64,000 nucleotides of DNA. Source: Nanobdellota archaeon. GTDB taxonomy: Archaea > Nanobdellota > Nanobdellia > Parvarchaeales > Parvarchaeaceae. A model generated the notes under the pieces. It did no database searches, was not told the origin of the DNA, and was given only the letters and a program-made list of their open reading frames with translations. Numbering within the stretch: the stretch's first letter is position 1; every line of letters starts with the position of its first letter. Below are positions 1-11,112 of the stretch, in pieces. The translations under genes were made by a program, and so were the position numbers. The stretch spans positions 98,856 through 162,855 of the forward strand of contig JAJYWD010000001.1 in NCBI GenBank assembly GCA_021791655.1. The letters run 5' to 3'.

Positions 1-8
1 ACAGTTAC

Positions 9-1556
9 ATGTCCACGTCTTCAGGAAACGGCAACTACACCGTCGTGACTTCATCTCCTTTATCAGTCACGATAACCCAGGCTGCTCCTGTTATAACACT
101 GACGTCGACTCCATCAGCCAACTTCACTCAGAACGGCACGGACCTGGTCTTCCACTTCTCCATATCGTCAATAAACAGCCAGCTTGGAGGAAACTTCTAC
201 ATCAATGGCAGCCTGAAGAACTCTTCGATAACCACCAACGGCACATACAACGCAGGCGATCTTCCGAATATCTTCGTAGGCGTCTTCAACACCAGCGGTG
301 ACCACAACTACTCTTCGAGTTCGCTCACTCTATCAAGGCAGATCTACAGGGTCATCCTGCAGCTTTACCTCAACGGAGCACTGGATTCGAATAAAAACAT
401 AACCCAAGGCACAGAGTCAAACTTCACCGCGATGATATCGCCGTCAACGGACTACGTTGGTATCTATGAAAACGGCAATCTTGTTGCTTCCTCGAAAGGC
501 AACTTAACCTACTTAAAGACGCTGTCTCCTGGAGTATACAAGGTCGTAGCTGCCTCCAACATAACAGGGGTATCAAACATCACTTATTATGAGAGAATAA
601 TAGGAAACTACGATGGGGCGGGGATTCCGATATTCCCTAAGATTTCAAATAAGATTTCTCTGGGGATAGGCAGATTTGATGCTTCAACCAATTACCTAAG
701 TATTTTTCCATCTGTCTACCTCAGCTCTTCAGATTTCAATAAAATCAACATACTATTCACGCCAATCGCCGCTAATATATCATTCTCCCTTGGCATGGAA
801 GTAAACCCAAATTCAAGCCAGTGCGACGTCAACAGCGTTAAAGACCCGGTCCAGGGCATCAACCTGCTGCCGTCGATAAGCGAAAACGGCGTAATAAGAG
901 GAGCTAACTTTGTATTTTCCCTTAAATTGGACAGCGAAGGCATGATACCTAAATACAACATGTCCCCTTACGACGTAGTACTGTACAAATGCGACGAGCA
1001 GAATTCCAGCTGGATTGAGCTACCGACTAATACATCCGTTTCGCAAACAGGGATTGCGACTTACTCAGCAAATTCAAATTCGCTTTCCACTTATGAAATA
1101 GGCGCATTTACGCCAGCAAAACCGAGCGTTATAAACACAACAATATCCGAGTCAGGACTCCCTTCCGGATACACGTGGAATGTAACCTATGACGGAATCA
1201 CCAAGTCCAGTATAACTCCGAATAATATAATCTTTAGTACAGCACCGGGTAACTACTCCTTTACAGCGTATAATTTCACTTTTTCCCCGTCTCCCTCGAA
1301 CACGGGGTGCGCTATTACCTATTATCCGAGTAATTTTAAAGCAGGCTTACCGCAGTCTATTGCCGCCGGCTCGTATGTTTCAGTTATGTACTCTGCGAAT
1401 GGTACGATATGTTCGTCTGCGCCCGTACTCTCTGCCACGGAGTCATATTGTATTGTATACGCCATCGTGATTATAGCGGTAATAGCCCTTGCATATGCAC
1501 TCAGAAAGAAGCTTCAAAGAGACAGAAGCAGACAAAAGAAGAATAAACACAAGTAA
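9..1556 (+). CDS. Large membrane-anchored cell-surface protein, 3' part (5'-partial)
   Basis: Frame is open to the window edge (AGT TAC ATG from position 3). Ser/Thr/Asn-rich with many N-x-S/T sequons. PGF-pre-PGF-like segment (SWIELPTN...YSANSNSLSTYEIGA), ESGLPSGYTWNVT repeat, C-terminal TM helix and basic tail. Confidence 0.75.
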   Translation: MSTSSGNGNYTVVTSSPLSVTITQAAPVITLTSTPSANFTQNGTDLVFHFSISSINSQLGGNFYINGSLKNSSITTNGTYNAGDLPNIFVGVFNTSGDHNYSSSSLTLSRQIYRVILQLYLNGALDSNKNITQGTESNFTAMISPSTDYVGIYENGNLVASSKGNLTYLKTLSPGVYKVVAASNITGVSNITYYERIIGNYDGAGIPIFPKISNKISLGIGRFDASTNYLSIFPSVYLSSSDFNKINILFTPIAANISFSLGMEVNPNSSQCDVNSVKDPVQGINLLPSISENGVIRGANFVFSLKLDSEGMIPKYNMSPYDVVLYKCDEQNSSWIELPTNTSVSQTGIATYSANSNSLSTYEIGAFTPAKPSVINTTISESGLPSGYTWNVTYDGITKSSITPNNIIFSTAPGNYSFTAYNFTFSPSPSNTGCAITYYPSNFKAGLPQSIAAGSYVSVMYSANGTICSSAPVLSATESYCIVYAIVIIAVIALAYALRKKLQRDRSRQKKNKHK

Positions 1557-1708
1557 ATCCAGAAAACAGCCACGCTATCCAAACAATCATCTTTTTTTGC
1601 TCTTTCCGGCAGATAAAGAATTAGCAATTCAGCCAGATCAACGTGTTTCGCATGTCGCTATTATCACAATAAAAGCAGTTAAATATTAACGCATACTAAG
1701 AAATAACT

Positions 1709-2070
1709 ATGGATGAAGAACTTGAATTAAAGTGCACGATAGAGCTGATGGCCAAGCCAAAGGAGGTGGCCGTCGATACGGCAAAGAAAATAATCTCAAA
1801 CATAGAGGGGGCGGCAAGCATCTCGCAGTAAGCAACGTCGAATACGCCGAGCCAAAATTGATAAAAGACGATTTCTATTCGACTTATGCTGTTTTTAATA
1901 TAAAGGGCACGATACCCGAGATATTAGGCTTCGTGATGGACTATGCTCCGACAAGCATAGAGCTGATAAAGACAAAGGAGATAAAAATATCCCCTCCAGA
2001 CCTGCAGGCTCTACTAGTATATAAAAATATTGAAAAATTCCATTACTCCGGGACGTACGAGGGACTATAG
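1709..2070 (+). pseudogene. Frameshifted conserved small archaeal (DPANN-type) hypothetical protein
   Basis: ATG at 1709 gives MDEELELKCTIELMAKPKEVAVDTAKKIISNIEG and stops at 1829-1831. The -1 frame continues GGKHLAVSNVEYAEPKLIKDDFYSTYAVF...MDYAPTSIEL to 2070. The switch lies in the G5 run at 1807-1811. Confidence 0.65.
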
Positions 2071-2147
2071 AAAGACTTAAATATTAAACTAATGAATATA
2101 ACTACTTATCGCACTGCTTAGCTGTGCGGTCCATAGGACGACAAATA

Positions 2148-2154
2148 GGAGGTG
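2148..2154 (+). promoter_or_regulatory. Shine-Dalgarno site of the thermosome gene
   Basis: GGAGGTG ends 4 nt before the ATG at 2159. Confidence 0.75.
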
Positions 2155-2158
2155 TATT

Positions 2159-3796
2159 ATGGCAGAGGGACTTCAACCAATTTTCATATTACCGGAGGGC
2201 TACTCACGTACTAGTGGGAAGGACGCCCAAAGGAACAATATCGCTGCAGCGAGGGCTATAGCCAGCACTGTGAAATCCACACTGGGGCCAAGGGGTATGG
2301 ACAAGATGCTCGTTGACAATATAGGCGACATAACGATAACAAACGATGGGGTAACCGTACTGAAGAACATGGAGGTAGAGAACCCAGCGGCGAAAATGAT
2401 AGTGGAAGTCGCTAAGACGCAGGAGGAAGAGGTGGGCGATGGAACTACGACGGCAGTAATAATCGTTGGTGAGCTGCTAAAAAATGCAGAGGCACTTCTT
2501 GATCAGGGGATACATCCGACGCTAATAGCTAGAGGCTACAGGATAGCAACTAACAAAGCCGAGGAGATATTGGACAAGCTTAAATTGAATTTGGACGTCG
2601 CAAGTAAGGAAGAGTTGAGCAGAATAGTAAAGACGGCGACAATAGGCAAGAGTACCGGTGCAGACGCGCACATAATATCGCTTATAGTAGACGCAGTGCA
2701 GCATGTCAAGTCGCACTCCGGGAAGGATGAGAGGGTCGACCAGGAAGACATAAAAGTAGAGAAGAAGATCGGCGGCGGTCTTGAGGATTCAAGGCTCGTA
2801 AGAGGAGTCATAATAGATAAGGAAAAAGTTCATCCGGACATGCCGGATGTAATAAGAGATGCCAAGATAGCACTCCTTAACGTGGCACTAGAAATAGAAA
2901 AGACGAACATAGACGCTCAGATAAGAATAGAAAAGCCAGAGCAACTCGAAGCGTTTCTGAACGAAGAAGAAAGAATGTTGAAGGACATGGTGACCAAGAT
3001 AAAGAATTCAGGCGCGAACGTGGTTATAGTACAGAAGGGGATAGACGACTCCGCACAACACTTCCTTGCTAAATCCGGTATTCTGGCATTCAGAAGAGTG
3101 TCAGAGAGCGATATGAAAAAGATTGGAAAGGCGACCGGTGCAAAAGTGGCGTCCACGCTAGATGAACTTGACGGTTCAGCCCTGGGTGCCGCAGGATTTG
3201 TACATGTCGAAAAGATGGCTGGGGAAACTCTCGCGTTCATAGAAGAGTGCAAGAATCCCAAAGCTGTTACAATACTTATACGCGGCGGTACAGAACACGT
3301 CATCGATGAAGTTCAGCGTGCTATTGACGACAGCATAGGGGACCTGAAATCGGTCATAGAAGACAATGGTGCGGTCGTTGCTGGGGGCGGTGCCTGCGAG
3401 ATGGAAGTAGCAAAACAGCTAAGGGACTTCGCAAAGGAACTCGAAGGTAGGGAGCAGCTCGCCGTGAATTCGTTTTCCGACGCGCTGGAAGTGGTTCCAA
3501 AGACCCTGGCAGAAAATGCTGGCATGGATCCTATCGATATAGTCGTTGAACTTAGGGCAGAGCACCAGAAAGGCAGTACCTGGGCCGGCGTTAACCTACT
3601 GGATGTATACAAGCCGAAAGTTTCGGACATGGAAAAAGAGGGCGTAATAGAGCCTCTTAGGATCAAGAAACAGGCGATAAAGAGTGCGGGTGAGACTGCA
3701 ATAATGATACTTAGAATAGACGACATAATCGCGGCCGGCAAGTCCGCAAATCAGGCGCAAAGGCCCCCGATGCCGGGCGGACCTTACGGCGAGTAG
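2159..3796 (+). CDS. ths: Thermosome subunit (group II chaperonin)
   Basis: [36 protein letters not shown] and LRIDDII motifs; 545 aa. Confidence 0.98.
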   Translation: MAEGLQPIFILPEGYSRTSGKDAQRNNIAAARAIASTVKSTLGPRGMDKMLVDNIGDITITNDGVTVLKNMEVENPAAKMIVEVAKTQEEEVGDGTTTAVIIVGELLKNAEALLDQGIHPTLIARGYRIATNKAEEILDKLKLNLDVASKEELSRIVKTATIGKSTGADAHIISLIVDAVQHVKSHSGKDERVDQEDIKVEKKIGGGLEDSRLVRGVIIDKEKVHPDMPDVIRDAKIALLNVALEIEKTNIDAQIRIEKPEQLEAFLNEEERMLKDMVTKIKNSGANVVIVQKGIDDSAQHFLAKSGILAFRRVSESDMKKIGKATGAKVASTLDELDGSALGAAGFVHVEKMAGETLAFIEECKNPKAVTILIRGGTEHVIDEVQRAIDDSIGDLKSVIEDNGAVVAGGGACEMEVAKQLRDFAKELEGREQLAVNSFSDALEVVPKTLAENAGMDPIDIVVELRAEHQKGSTWAGVNLLDVYKPKVSDMEKEGVIEPLRIKKQAIKSAGETAIMILRIDDIIAAGKSANQAQRPPMPGGPYGE

Positions 3797-3804
3797 ATAA
3801 CTGC

Positions 3805-4035
3805 ATGAATGCGAATTCTAGGCCTTTGGACCTTTTGAACAGTGCCAAGGGTAAAACTGTCCTTGTAGAGCTTAAGAACGGCCATTCGATAACCGGTACC
3901 TTGATGGCATTCGATGTTCACATAAACATACACCTAGAGAATGCAGATGAGCGGGACAATTCCACGGTCGTACGCAAAATAGGTAGCGTGTTCGTTAGGG
4001 GCGACACGATAATACTCATCTCCCCCGCATTATGA
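3805..4035 (+). CDS. Sm-like (Lsm/SmAP) RNA-binding protein
   Basis: Sm1 (GTLMAFDVHINIHLENA) and Sm2 (VFVRGDTI) motifs; next to rpl37e as is typical in archaea. Confidence 0.95.
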   Translation: MNANSRPLDLLNSAKGKTVLVELKNGHSITGTLMAFDVHINIHLENADERDNSTVVRKIGSVFVRGDTIILISPAL

Positions 4036-4214
4036 GCACCGCTTCGATGGGGTTGCACAACAGGAAGACTCCTCACATAAGATGTAGAAGGTGCGGTAGC
4101 ATGTCATACAACAAGAGGAAGCACCACTGCTCTCACTGCGGCTACGGGATCTCCTCGAAGTTGCGAGCTTATTCTTGGGTTAGCAAAAAGGTCAACGGTA
4201 CGAGAAAGTATTAA
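4032..4214 (+). CDS. rpl37e: 50S ribosomal protein L37e
   Basis: HIRCRRCG..SY......CSHCGYG zinc finger; 4-bp overlap with the Sm gene. Confidence 0.95.
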   Translation: MSTASMGLHNRKTPHIRCRRCGSMSYNKRKHHCSHCGYGISSKLRAYSWVSKKVNGTRKY

Positions 4215-4241
4215 TTTCAGTATAAATCTTATAGTGATTCT

Positions 4242-4943
4242 ATGGGTAATACACTCCTCGACGCAGTCGTTTTTGATTTCGATAATACGCTTGTAGACAC
4301 AAAGAGCACAATAGAACACGCTTACAGCAGAATCTTTTTGCACATGTCAGAGGAGTATAACGTGTCCCTAGAGGCAATAAGGCGCGAGTTGGCGGCGGTA
4401 TCCACGGACTTTGAAGCTGTAGGCAACTACGACAGAATGCAATGGTTTGACGCGATTCTTACTAATCTACATGTTAACTTTAAACAGGTCGAAGTCGAGA
4501 AGTACGTGAACGATTTTTACTCGATGATAGAGTCGCCAAAATACGACCCGGCAGTCGAAAGTGTTCTTGTCAGTATCAAGAAACTTAATAAGAAGCTGGG
4601 GCTATTAACCGATTCCGATTACAAGCCGGGTACAAAGATGAAGAGGATAAGCAAACTGCCGTTCGCAAGGCTGTTCGATAAGATCGAAGTGGCGGGTGAT
4701 ACTATCCCGTACAAGAAAAGAACAGAATCGCCGTTCGTGATAATCGCAAAGGATCTAGGCGTTGCGCCCGACAAGACGATTTACATAGGCGACAGGATGG
4801 ATTTCGATATTAAAAATTCGAAGAAGGCTGGTATGAAGGCCGCTTTGATTACAACGTACAACGATACCCGCGGTCTAGAGGACGTCGTGGAGCCCGACTG
4901 GGTCGTAAGCAATATACGGGAAGTCCTTAATATAATAAAATGA
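4242..4943 (+). CDS. HAD-superfamily hydrolase
   Basis: Motif I FDFDNTL and motif IV IGDRMDFDI...GM. Confidence 0.9.
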   Translation: MGNTLLDAVVFDFDNTLVDTKSTIEHAYSRIFLHMSEEYNVSLEAIRRELAAVSTDFEAVGNYDRMQWFDAILTNLHVNFKQVEVEKYVNDFYSMIESPKYDPAVESVLVSIKKLNKKLGLLTDSDYKPGTKMKRISKLPFARLFDKIEVAGDTIPYKKRTESPFVIIAKDLGVAPDKTIYIGDRMDFDIKNSKKAGMKAALITTYNDTRGLEDVVEPDWVVSNIREVLNIIK

Positions 4944-4997
4944 GCCTTAAACGTGCTAAACTTTATAATATTCGTATAGTTTTACTAGGAGTGAAAT

Positions 4998-5441
4998 ATG
5001 GATGAGAACACCGAAAAGCCAGTAACAGACGAGAACAATGATAAGGCTGAAGAAGACTACAAGTCCAAATACCTTTATTTACTGGCTGAGGTCGAAAACT
5101 ATAAAAGGACCAAGGAAAAAGAAATTGGTAACTATGTGACCGTTTCAAATATCGCGATGATGACGGATATCCTGAAGGTTCTCGACGATTTCGAGAGCGT
5201 GTTGAAGGCAAAGGACGATGAGACCGTACGTCGTCTCTTTGACTCGTTGTTGAGCGTTCTCAAGATGCACGGCCTCAGCAGGGTAGGCGTTGTAGGGCAG
5301 AAATACTCGGAGGACATCGCAGAGGCGGTGGCTACCGAGAAGGGGCAAGTTGAGCCCGGTATAATATTGGAGGAGGTGCAACCAGGGTACAAGCTGAATG
5401 ACAGAATTATAAGGTACCCGAAGGTTAAAGTAAGTATATGA
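4998..5441 (+). CDS. grpE: Nucleotide exchange factor GrpE
   Basis: [10 protein letters not shown] and [21 protein letters not shown]; directly upstream of dnaK. Confidence 0.93.
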   Translation: MDENTEKPVTDENNDKAEEDYKSKYLYLLAEVENYKRTKEKEIGNYVTVSNIAMMTDILKVLDDFESVLKAKDDETVRRLFDSLLSVLKMHGLSRVGVVGQKYSEDIAEAVATEKGQVEPGIILEEVQPGYKLNDRIIRYPKVKVSI

Positions 5442-7240
5442 CAGACAAAGAAAAGATAATAGGGATAGACCTAGGAACTTCAAACTCGCAAGCAGCAGTG
5501 GTTATAGCGAGCAAGCCCACCATAATACCGAGTGCAGAGGGCAATACCATCGCGGGAAAGATGTTCCCGTCGATAGTAGCCTTCACAAAGGACGGAAACG
5601 TCATAGTCGGTGAGCCTGCAAGGAGGCAGGCTATATCCAACCCGGAGAACACAATATTCGCTGCGAAAAGGAAGATGGGCAGCGAGTTTAAATATCACGT
5701 AAACGAAAAAGACTACACTCCACAGCAGATATCCGCGTTCATACTGCAGAAGATAAAGACCGATTCGGAATCGTTTCTTGGCACGAAAGTTAACAAAGCG
5801 GTAATAACAGTGCCCGCCTATTTCAACGACAATCAAAGACAGGCAACGAAGGACGCAGGAGTAATAGCCGGCCTTGATGTGGTGAGGATAATAAATGAGC
5901 CTACTGCTGCTGCGATGGCTTATGGTTTGGACAAGGATCAGGACACGAAGATACTTGTTTTCGATTTGGGAGGGGGCACTTTGGATGTGACCTTGATGGA
6001 AATAAGCAACGGCACCTTCGAAGTGTTGGCTACTTCGGGTGACGTAGAATTGGGCGGAGTCGACATGGACAGCGCGCTCATAGATTTCATAATAAAAGGT
6101 TTCGTTTCAAAATGGGGGCTAGATTTAAGAAATGATAAAACCGCGTACCAGCGGGTGAGGGACGCCGCGGAGAAAGCAAAGATAGAGCTTTCCACGGTAT
6201 TGGAAACGGACATAAACCTTCCTTATATTACTGTGACCAAGGACGGGCCTAAAAACCTGGAATTGAAGGTAACGCGTGCTACGCTGGAGCAGTTGGTAAG
6301 GCCCATAATAGAAAGAGCTAGGGAACCGATAGATAACGTGCTTAGAGACGCCAACACGTCAAAGGACGACATCGCGAAGATAATACTGGTGGGTGGGCCA
6401 ACCAGGATGCCGATGGTGCAGAAGTTTTTGGTTGACATCTTCGGGAATAAAATTGAGAAGGGCGTAGACCCGATGGAGGCAGTCGCGCTCGGTGCCGCCA
6501 TCCAAGGCGCTGTTCTCGCAGGCGACATAAAGGACATTGTCCTGCTAGACGTTACGCCCCTAACGCTAAGCATAGAAACACTGGGAGGTGTATCGACCCC
6601 GATAATCGAAAGGAACACGACGATCCCGATAAAGACAAGCAAGACGTTCTCCACGGCAGCGGACTACCAGCCCGCAGTAACCATAAACGTTTTGCAGGGG
6701 GAGAGACCGATGGCGAAGGACAATATCAGCCTAGGCTCGTTTAATCTGGAGGGGATACCGCCAGCGCCGCGCGGCGTCCCGCAGATAGAAGTTACGTTTG
6801 ACATAGACGCCAATGGAATACTCAGTGTATCCGCCAAAGATTTAGGAACAGGAAAGAGCCAAAAAATAACCGTAACCGCACCGAACAAGTTATCCAAGGA
6901 CCAGATAAACAAGATGATGGACGAAGCTAAGGAACACGAAGAAGAAGACAAGAAAAAGAAGGCGTTCATAGAACTCAAGAATGAGACCTCGGCGCTCGTT
7001 TTCTCCCTTGAGAAGACGCTTGTGGATTACAAGGAAAAGATAAGCGAAACCGATAGAAAGGAAGCTGAGGAGGCTATGGCTCTCGTGAAAAAGGATTTGG
7101 AAGGGGATGATGAATCTCAACTTAAGTCAGACAGGGAGAAGTTGCTGGCCATAGTAAACAGGATCGGGTCGCAGATATACAAAGACGTAAAGAAACCCGA
7201 TACGACGACACAGAGTGAAAATGGAGAAAACGGCGCATAA
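5438..7240 (+). CDS. dnaK: Hsp70 chaperone DnaK
   Basis: [25 protein letters not shown] and DLGGGTLDV. Confidence 0.98.
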   Translation: MTDKEKIIGIDLGTSNSQAAVVIASKPTIIPSAEGNTIAGKMFPSIVAFTKDGNVIVGEPARRQAISNPENTIFAAKRKMGSEFKYHVNEKDYTPQQISAFILQKIKTDSESFLGTKVNKAVITVPAYFNDNQRQATKDAGVIAGLDVVRIINEPTAAAMAYGLDKDQDTKILVFDLGGGTLDVTLMEISNGTFEVLATSGDVELGGVDMDSALIDFIIKGFVSKWGLDLRNDKTAYQRVRDAAEKAKIELSTVLETDINLPYITVTKDGPKNLELKVTRATLEQLVRPIIERAREPIDNVLRDANTSKDDIAKIILVGGPTRMPMVQKFLVDIFGNKIEKGVDPMEAVALGAAIQGAVLAGDIKDIVLLDVTPLTLSIETLGGVSTPIIERNTTIPIKTSKTFSTAADYQPAVTINVLQGERPMAKDNISLGSFNLEGIPPAPRGVPQIEVTFDIDANGILSVSAKDLGTGKSQKITVTAPNKLSKDQINKMMDEAKEHEEEDKKKKAFIELKNETSALVFSLEKTLVDYKEKISETDRKEAEEAMALVKKDLEGDDESQLKSDREKLLAIVNRIGSQIYKDVKKPDTTTQSENGENGA

Positions 7241-7275
7241 GATGCACTCGTACGCTGTTTCGATTTGTGCAGAAG

Positions 7276-8283
7276 ATGGAAAGAGACCCCTACGATGTTC
7301 TTGGAATCAGTCGTGAAGCTTCAGAAGAAGAGATAAAGAAAGCCTTCAAGTCTCTCGCCAAGAAATACCATCCCGACCTGAACCCTAACGATAAGAACGC
7401 TGAAGCCAAATTCAAGGAAATAAACGAAGCATACAGGACGCTAATGAACAAGGGGGGAGGAACAGGTCCTGTGGGTAGGGATGCCGGCTTCGAAGGGTTC
7501 GAAGACCTGTTTAACTTCAATATATTTGGTGACGTATTCAGGGATTTTGGATTCGAAAGGAAAGGCGCAGATCTTAGGTACGACCTTGACTTGAGCGTGG
7601 AAGAGCTTTTCTCTGAGCATAGTAAACAGATAAACATAACAAGAAAGGGCTCGTGCAATGTATGCGGTGGCAGTGGTGCGAAGCAAAAACACGTCTGTTC
7701 CAAATGCAATGGCAGCGGTAAGATACGGACTATCTCGAGGCAGCTCGGTTCTACCTTCATAACAATGAATACCTGTTCTTCCTGTAGGGGGGCTGGTTAT
7801 ATAATCGATGTGAAGTGTTCAGCGTGCTCGGGCACAGGACACACAAGAAAGAATGAGGAAATCCGAGTGCCGGTAAATAAGTACATAAGAGAAGGGGAGT
7901 ACGCTGTTATAGAAGGAAAAGGTGAACTGTCCGATGGCAGCGTAGCCGGAGATCTTTATGTGGTGTTTCACATAAAGTCTAGCGATAAGTTCTCTATCTC
8001 CAGAAACGACATAAAGACCAAACTGCATCTAGATATAAGAGACCTTCTAAAGGGAGCATCCATGAAACTTGATATGCCATGGGGACAGGAAAAGTTGGCG
8101 GTTCCCAAAGGACAGATGCGCATTGTTTTGGAAGGAAAAGGCCTAAGAAGCAGAGAAGGTCAAATCGGCGATTTTATAGTCGATATAATCCCGATTGTGC
8201 CGGACAACCTAAGCAACTATGAAATAGACAAGCTGGACGCGATTCTCGGAGAAAGGAAGGCGCCCTTTATGAGCGCCAAATAG
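7276..8283 (+). CDS. dnaJ: Chaperone DnaJ
   Basis: J domain with HPD, four CxxCxGxG repeats and a C-terminal domain. ATG at 7276 preferred over the GTG at 7267. Confidence 0.95.
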   Translation: MERDPYDVLGISREASEEEIKKAFKSLAKKYHPDLNPNDKNAEAKFKEINEAYRTLMNKGGGTGPVGRDAGFEGFEDLFNFNIFGDVFRDFGFERKGADLRYDLDLSVEELFSEHSKQINITRKGSCNVCGGSGAKQKHVCSKCNGSGKIRTISRQLGSTFITMNTCSSCRGAGYIIDVKCSACSGTGHTRKNEEIRVPVNKYIREGEYAVIEGKGELSDGSVAGDLYVVFHIKSSDKFSISRNDIKTKLHLDIRDLLKGASMKLDMPWGQEKLAVPKGQMRIVLEGKGLRSREGQIGDFIVDIIPIVPDNLSNYEIDKLDAILGERKAPFMSAK

Positions 8284-8323
8284 AGCGTTTTATGCTTAAA
8301 TAGACAAATTTTATTATTAATCT

Positions 8324-9757
8324 ATGCGTCCGTACACACTGATTTTATTTGCAGTTTTATCACTATTGGGCATTAGTACGGTTTTTGGTTCGTCTTTGGG
8401 TCCCATACGGATATCACCCACGAGCATAACCATCCCTACGGGCGTAACCTCATTCTACAACATAACATTTACTGACAACCAGACGGCACCGGTCAATTTG
8501 ACGCTTTTATTGAGTTTTGCGAGGATAGAATACTCCGGTATCTTTTCCAACATAGGCGCTACACCAGCTTCCTTTTACCTGCAACCAAACCAATCGAAAA
8601 CAATTTTGTTTTCTTTTGTTACGAACAGCGGCGTGTACTTTTCTACGCCAAGAAACTTCGTTATAAACTATACAGAGAACGGCCTGTCCGAGGAGTTTGT
8701 ACTCAGCGCCCCCATAGTCAACAATCCGGTGTATATATATAGTCTTTCAGCACCCGGCAGCTTTGTGCCGTCGCAGCCACTTTCTGTGTCATTGGACATT
8801 CTAAACGGCGTCGGACAGGTACCTGTGACCGTGCCGGTCACTTTCTCGCTTATTAACAGTATAGGCGCATCTGTTTTCTCTTACACGCACAATTTGGAAT
8901 TATCGAACAGCGGTCTTAATACTTTTGTAGAACCCGTGGTAATAAACAACACTGTTTCTCCCGGCAATTACACCCTTTACGTTTCGTTATCATACACATC
9001 GACTCCTTCCGCGTTGTCAAAGCGCATAGACGTATTGCCTTATTACAAGATTGACTCCGCTTATTCTTCAAACACAGGTGTTCTGGGCGGTACCGTTTCG
9101 AAAACCGTGGAAAACGTTGGCAACGAACCGTATCCAGTTTCTAATCTTTCCCTGGGCATAAACGGTTTCCTTAGGCTTTTTGTTAGCTCGCTTTCTTCTT
9201 CCATGGGCAACGCTGTGCTTTCTGGAGGAGCCGTTTCGTCCTCCGTACCATTTCTGTTGCCGGGCCAAACGATCTCTTTGTCGTATAATTTCGTATTCTA
9301 TCCAATCTACATAATAATTTTAGCTGTCGCCGTAGCGGTGCTTGTCTATCTTTTCTTCAATAGAAAGGTAGTCCTTTCAAAGGAGATTGTAGAGCACAAA
9401 GCCTCTGGAGGAGTAATCGACGTTAAGGTAGCGGTAAGGATAAAAAATATATCTAAGAAGACCGTACGCGACTTGATAATACATGATTTGATTCCTCCGA
9501 ACTCATTGAAAATAACCCCGATAGGACCGAAACAGGGCCGTATATACAAAGCATATGATGGGATGCGCATAACGTGGCGCGAGAGCGTACTCGAGCCCAG
9601 CGATGAGATAATCCTGATGTACGAGATAAAGAGTAAGATAGGGATCGTGGGCGGAATAGACTTGAAGTCTGCATACTGCACTTTCACATACGAAGGAAAA
9701 GAACACAAAAGGAAATCCAATCCTCTGGTTCTGCGCCTGCAAAAGACCGGGAAGTAG
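8324..9757 (+). CDS. Membrane-anchored surface/envelope protein, unknown function
   Basis: Signal peptide, N-x-S/T-rich beta-type ectodomain, TM at IYIIILAVAVAVLVYLFF and a cytoplasmic C-terminal domain. Confidence 0.7.
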   Translation: MRPYTLILFAVLSLLGISTVFGSSLGPIRISPTSITIPTGVTSFYNITFTDNQTAPVNLTLLLSFARIEYSGIFSNIGATPASFYLQPNQSKTILFSFVTNSGVYFSTPRNFVINYTENGLSEEFVLSAPIVNNPVYIYSLSAPGSFVPSQPLSVSLDILNGVGQVPVTVPVTFSLINSIGASVFSYTHNLELSNSGLNTFVEPVVINNTVSPGNYTLYVSLSYTSTPSALSKRIDVLPYYKIDSAYSSNTGVLGGTVSKTVENVGNEPYPVSNLSLGINGFLRLFVSSLSSSMGNAVLSGGAVSSSVPFLLPGQTISLSYNFVFYPIYIIILAVAVAVLVYLFFNRKVVLSKEIVEHKASGGVIDVKVAVRIKNISKKTVRDLIIHDLIPPNSLKITPIGPKQGRIYKAYDGMRITWRESVLEPSDEIILMYEIKSKIGIVGGIDLKSAYCTFTYEGKEHKRKSNPLVLRLQKTGK

Positions 9758-9830
9758 GTGGTTAGAGCATCTTTCCCGAGGAAAGGAAAGCTTAATAACA
9801 TTATTAAACAGTTATAAAAATATCCTGGCT

Positions 9831-9903
9831 GCCCCAGTAGTCTAGTGGTCTAGGATAGTGCCCTGTCACGGCATTGACGCGCGTCCGAATCGCGCCTGGG
9901 GCG
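9831..9903 (+). tRNA. tRNA-Asp(GTC)
   Basis: Acceptor GCCCCAG/CTGGGGC; anticodon arm GTGCC-CTGTCAC-GGCAT; T arm GCGCG-TCCGAAT-CGCGC. No intron and no encoded CCA. Confidence 0.93.
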
Positions 9904-9963
9904 TTCGCTATCGATTCTTACGTTAATGTTTATGGTTAAATATAAGTAAATTTATTTTACTCT

Positions 9964-11112
9964 ATGGAATTTGACACGCAGACTGTGCACGTCGGTGAAG
10001 ATCCTAAGCTAGAGCCTAACGGGGATGTTACAGTGCCCATAAGTCTGTCAGCCACCTTTGCAAGGAAAGATCTGGGGGACATAACGAAGGGTTTCGCTTA
10101 TTCTAGGTTAAGTAACCCAACAAGAGAGGCACTAGAGCGGCGTTTGGCCGCTTTAGAAGGGGCTAAGTTTGGTCTAGCCTTTTCTGCCGGCATGGCCGCG
10201 GAAGCAGCGATTGCTATGTCTTTGTTGAAGTCAGGCGATCACGTCGTAGCTTTTGAGGATCTCTATAGCGGCACAAAGGAACTTTTCACCGCCGTAATGG
10301 ATGAGAGATTCAATGTAAAGGTAACGTATGTAGACGCTACAGATACAGATAACGTCAAGAGAGCGATTAAGCCGAATACAAAGATGGTATGGATGGAGAC
10401 GCCGTCCAATCCTCTGCTTAAGCTTTGCGACGTAAGAGCGATAGCCGAAGTTACTAAAAGTAGGGATATCCCCTTCGTTGTCGACAACACGTTCGCAAGC
10501 CCTTACTCTCAGAATCCCATAAAGCTTGGGGCTGACCTTGTTATACACAGTACTACAAAGTACATAAATGGACACAGCGACTCCATAGGCGGTGCCGTAC
10601 TGACGTCCAATGATGAGTTCTACAACAAGATTTTCTTCACTAGGATGGCTACTGGCGGCGTCCTTTCACCCTTTGACAGTTTTCTGGTTTTGAGGGGCCT
10701 AAAGACTTTGGCGGTTAGGATGAAACGGCACGAAGAAAATGCAATGAAAGTTGCTAAGTTTCTAAGTGAACACAAAGCAGTGAAAAAAGTCGTGTACCCT
10801 GGATTGGTGAGCCATCCCCAGTATGCGCTTGCAAGGGAACAGATGCGCGGGTTCGGAGGTATGGTCTCCTTCTTCATTAACGGGGGGGTAAAGGAAGTAA
10901 AGTCCTTTGTGACTAGGTTGAAACTTATAACTCTGGCGGTAAGCCTAGGTGGGGTAGAATCCCTTATAGAGCATCCCGCTTCTATGACGCATGGACTGCT
11001 ACCGCAGAAAGAAAAGGCAGGGGTTGAGGATTCTCTTCTCAGGTTATCCGTCGGTATAGAAAACGTTAACGATATAATCTCTGACTTGGATCAGGCGCTG
11101 TCGCCTAAATGA
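9964..11112 (+). CDS. metB: Cystathionine gamma-synthase/gamma-lyase family PLP enzyme
   Basis: YSRLSNPT, METPSNP, VDNTFASP, HSTTKYINGHSD (PLP Lys) and SLGGVESL. Exact reaction not resolved. Confidence 0.88.
   Translation: MEFDTQTVHVGEDPKLEPNGDVTVPISLSATFARKDLGDITKGFAYSRLSNPTREALERRLAALEGAKFGLAFSAGMAAEAAIAMSLLKSGDHVVAFEDLYSGTKELFTAVMDERFNVKVTYVDATDTDNVKRAIKPNTKMVWMETPSNPLLKLCDVRAIAEVTKSRDIPFVVDNTFASPYSQNPIKLGADLVIHSTTKYINGHSDSIGGAVLTSNDEFYNKIFFTRMATGGVLSPFDSFLVLRGLKTLAVRMKRHEENAMKVAKFLSEHKAVKKVVYPGLVSHPQYALAREQMRGFGGMVSFFINGGVKEVKSFVTRLKLITLAVSLGGVESLIEHPASMTHGLLPQKEKAGVEDSLLRLSVGIENVNDIISDLDQALSPK

Noticed and set aside
1732-1810. ORF-track start MHDRADG... as the true N-terminus
   Set aside because: It reads as out-of-frame text. 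The ATG at 1709 in the adjacent frame has upstream promoter-like AT sequence and gives a family-like N-terminus.
4941-4959. CIRCE-like element upstream of grpE (GTGCTAA)
   Set aside because: Only the right half-site partly matches. The left half at the 9-nt spacing does not, and no hrcA gene is seen.
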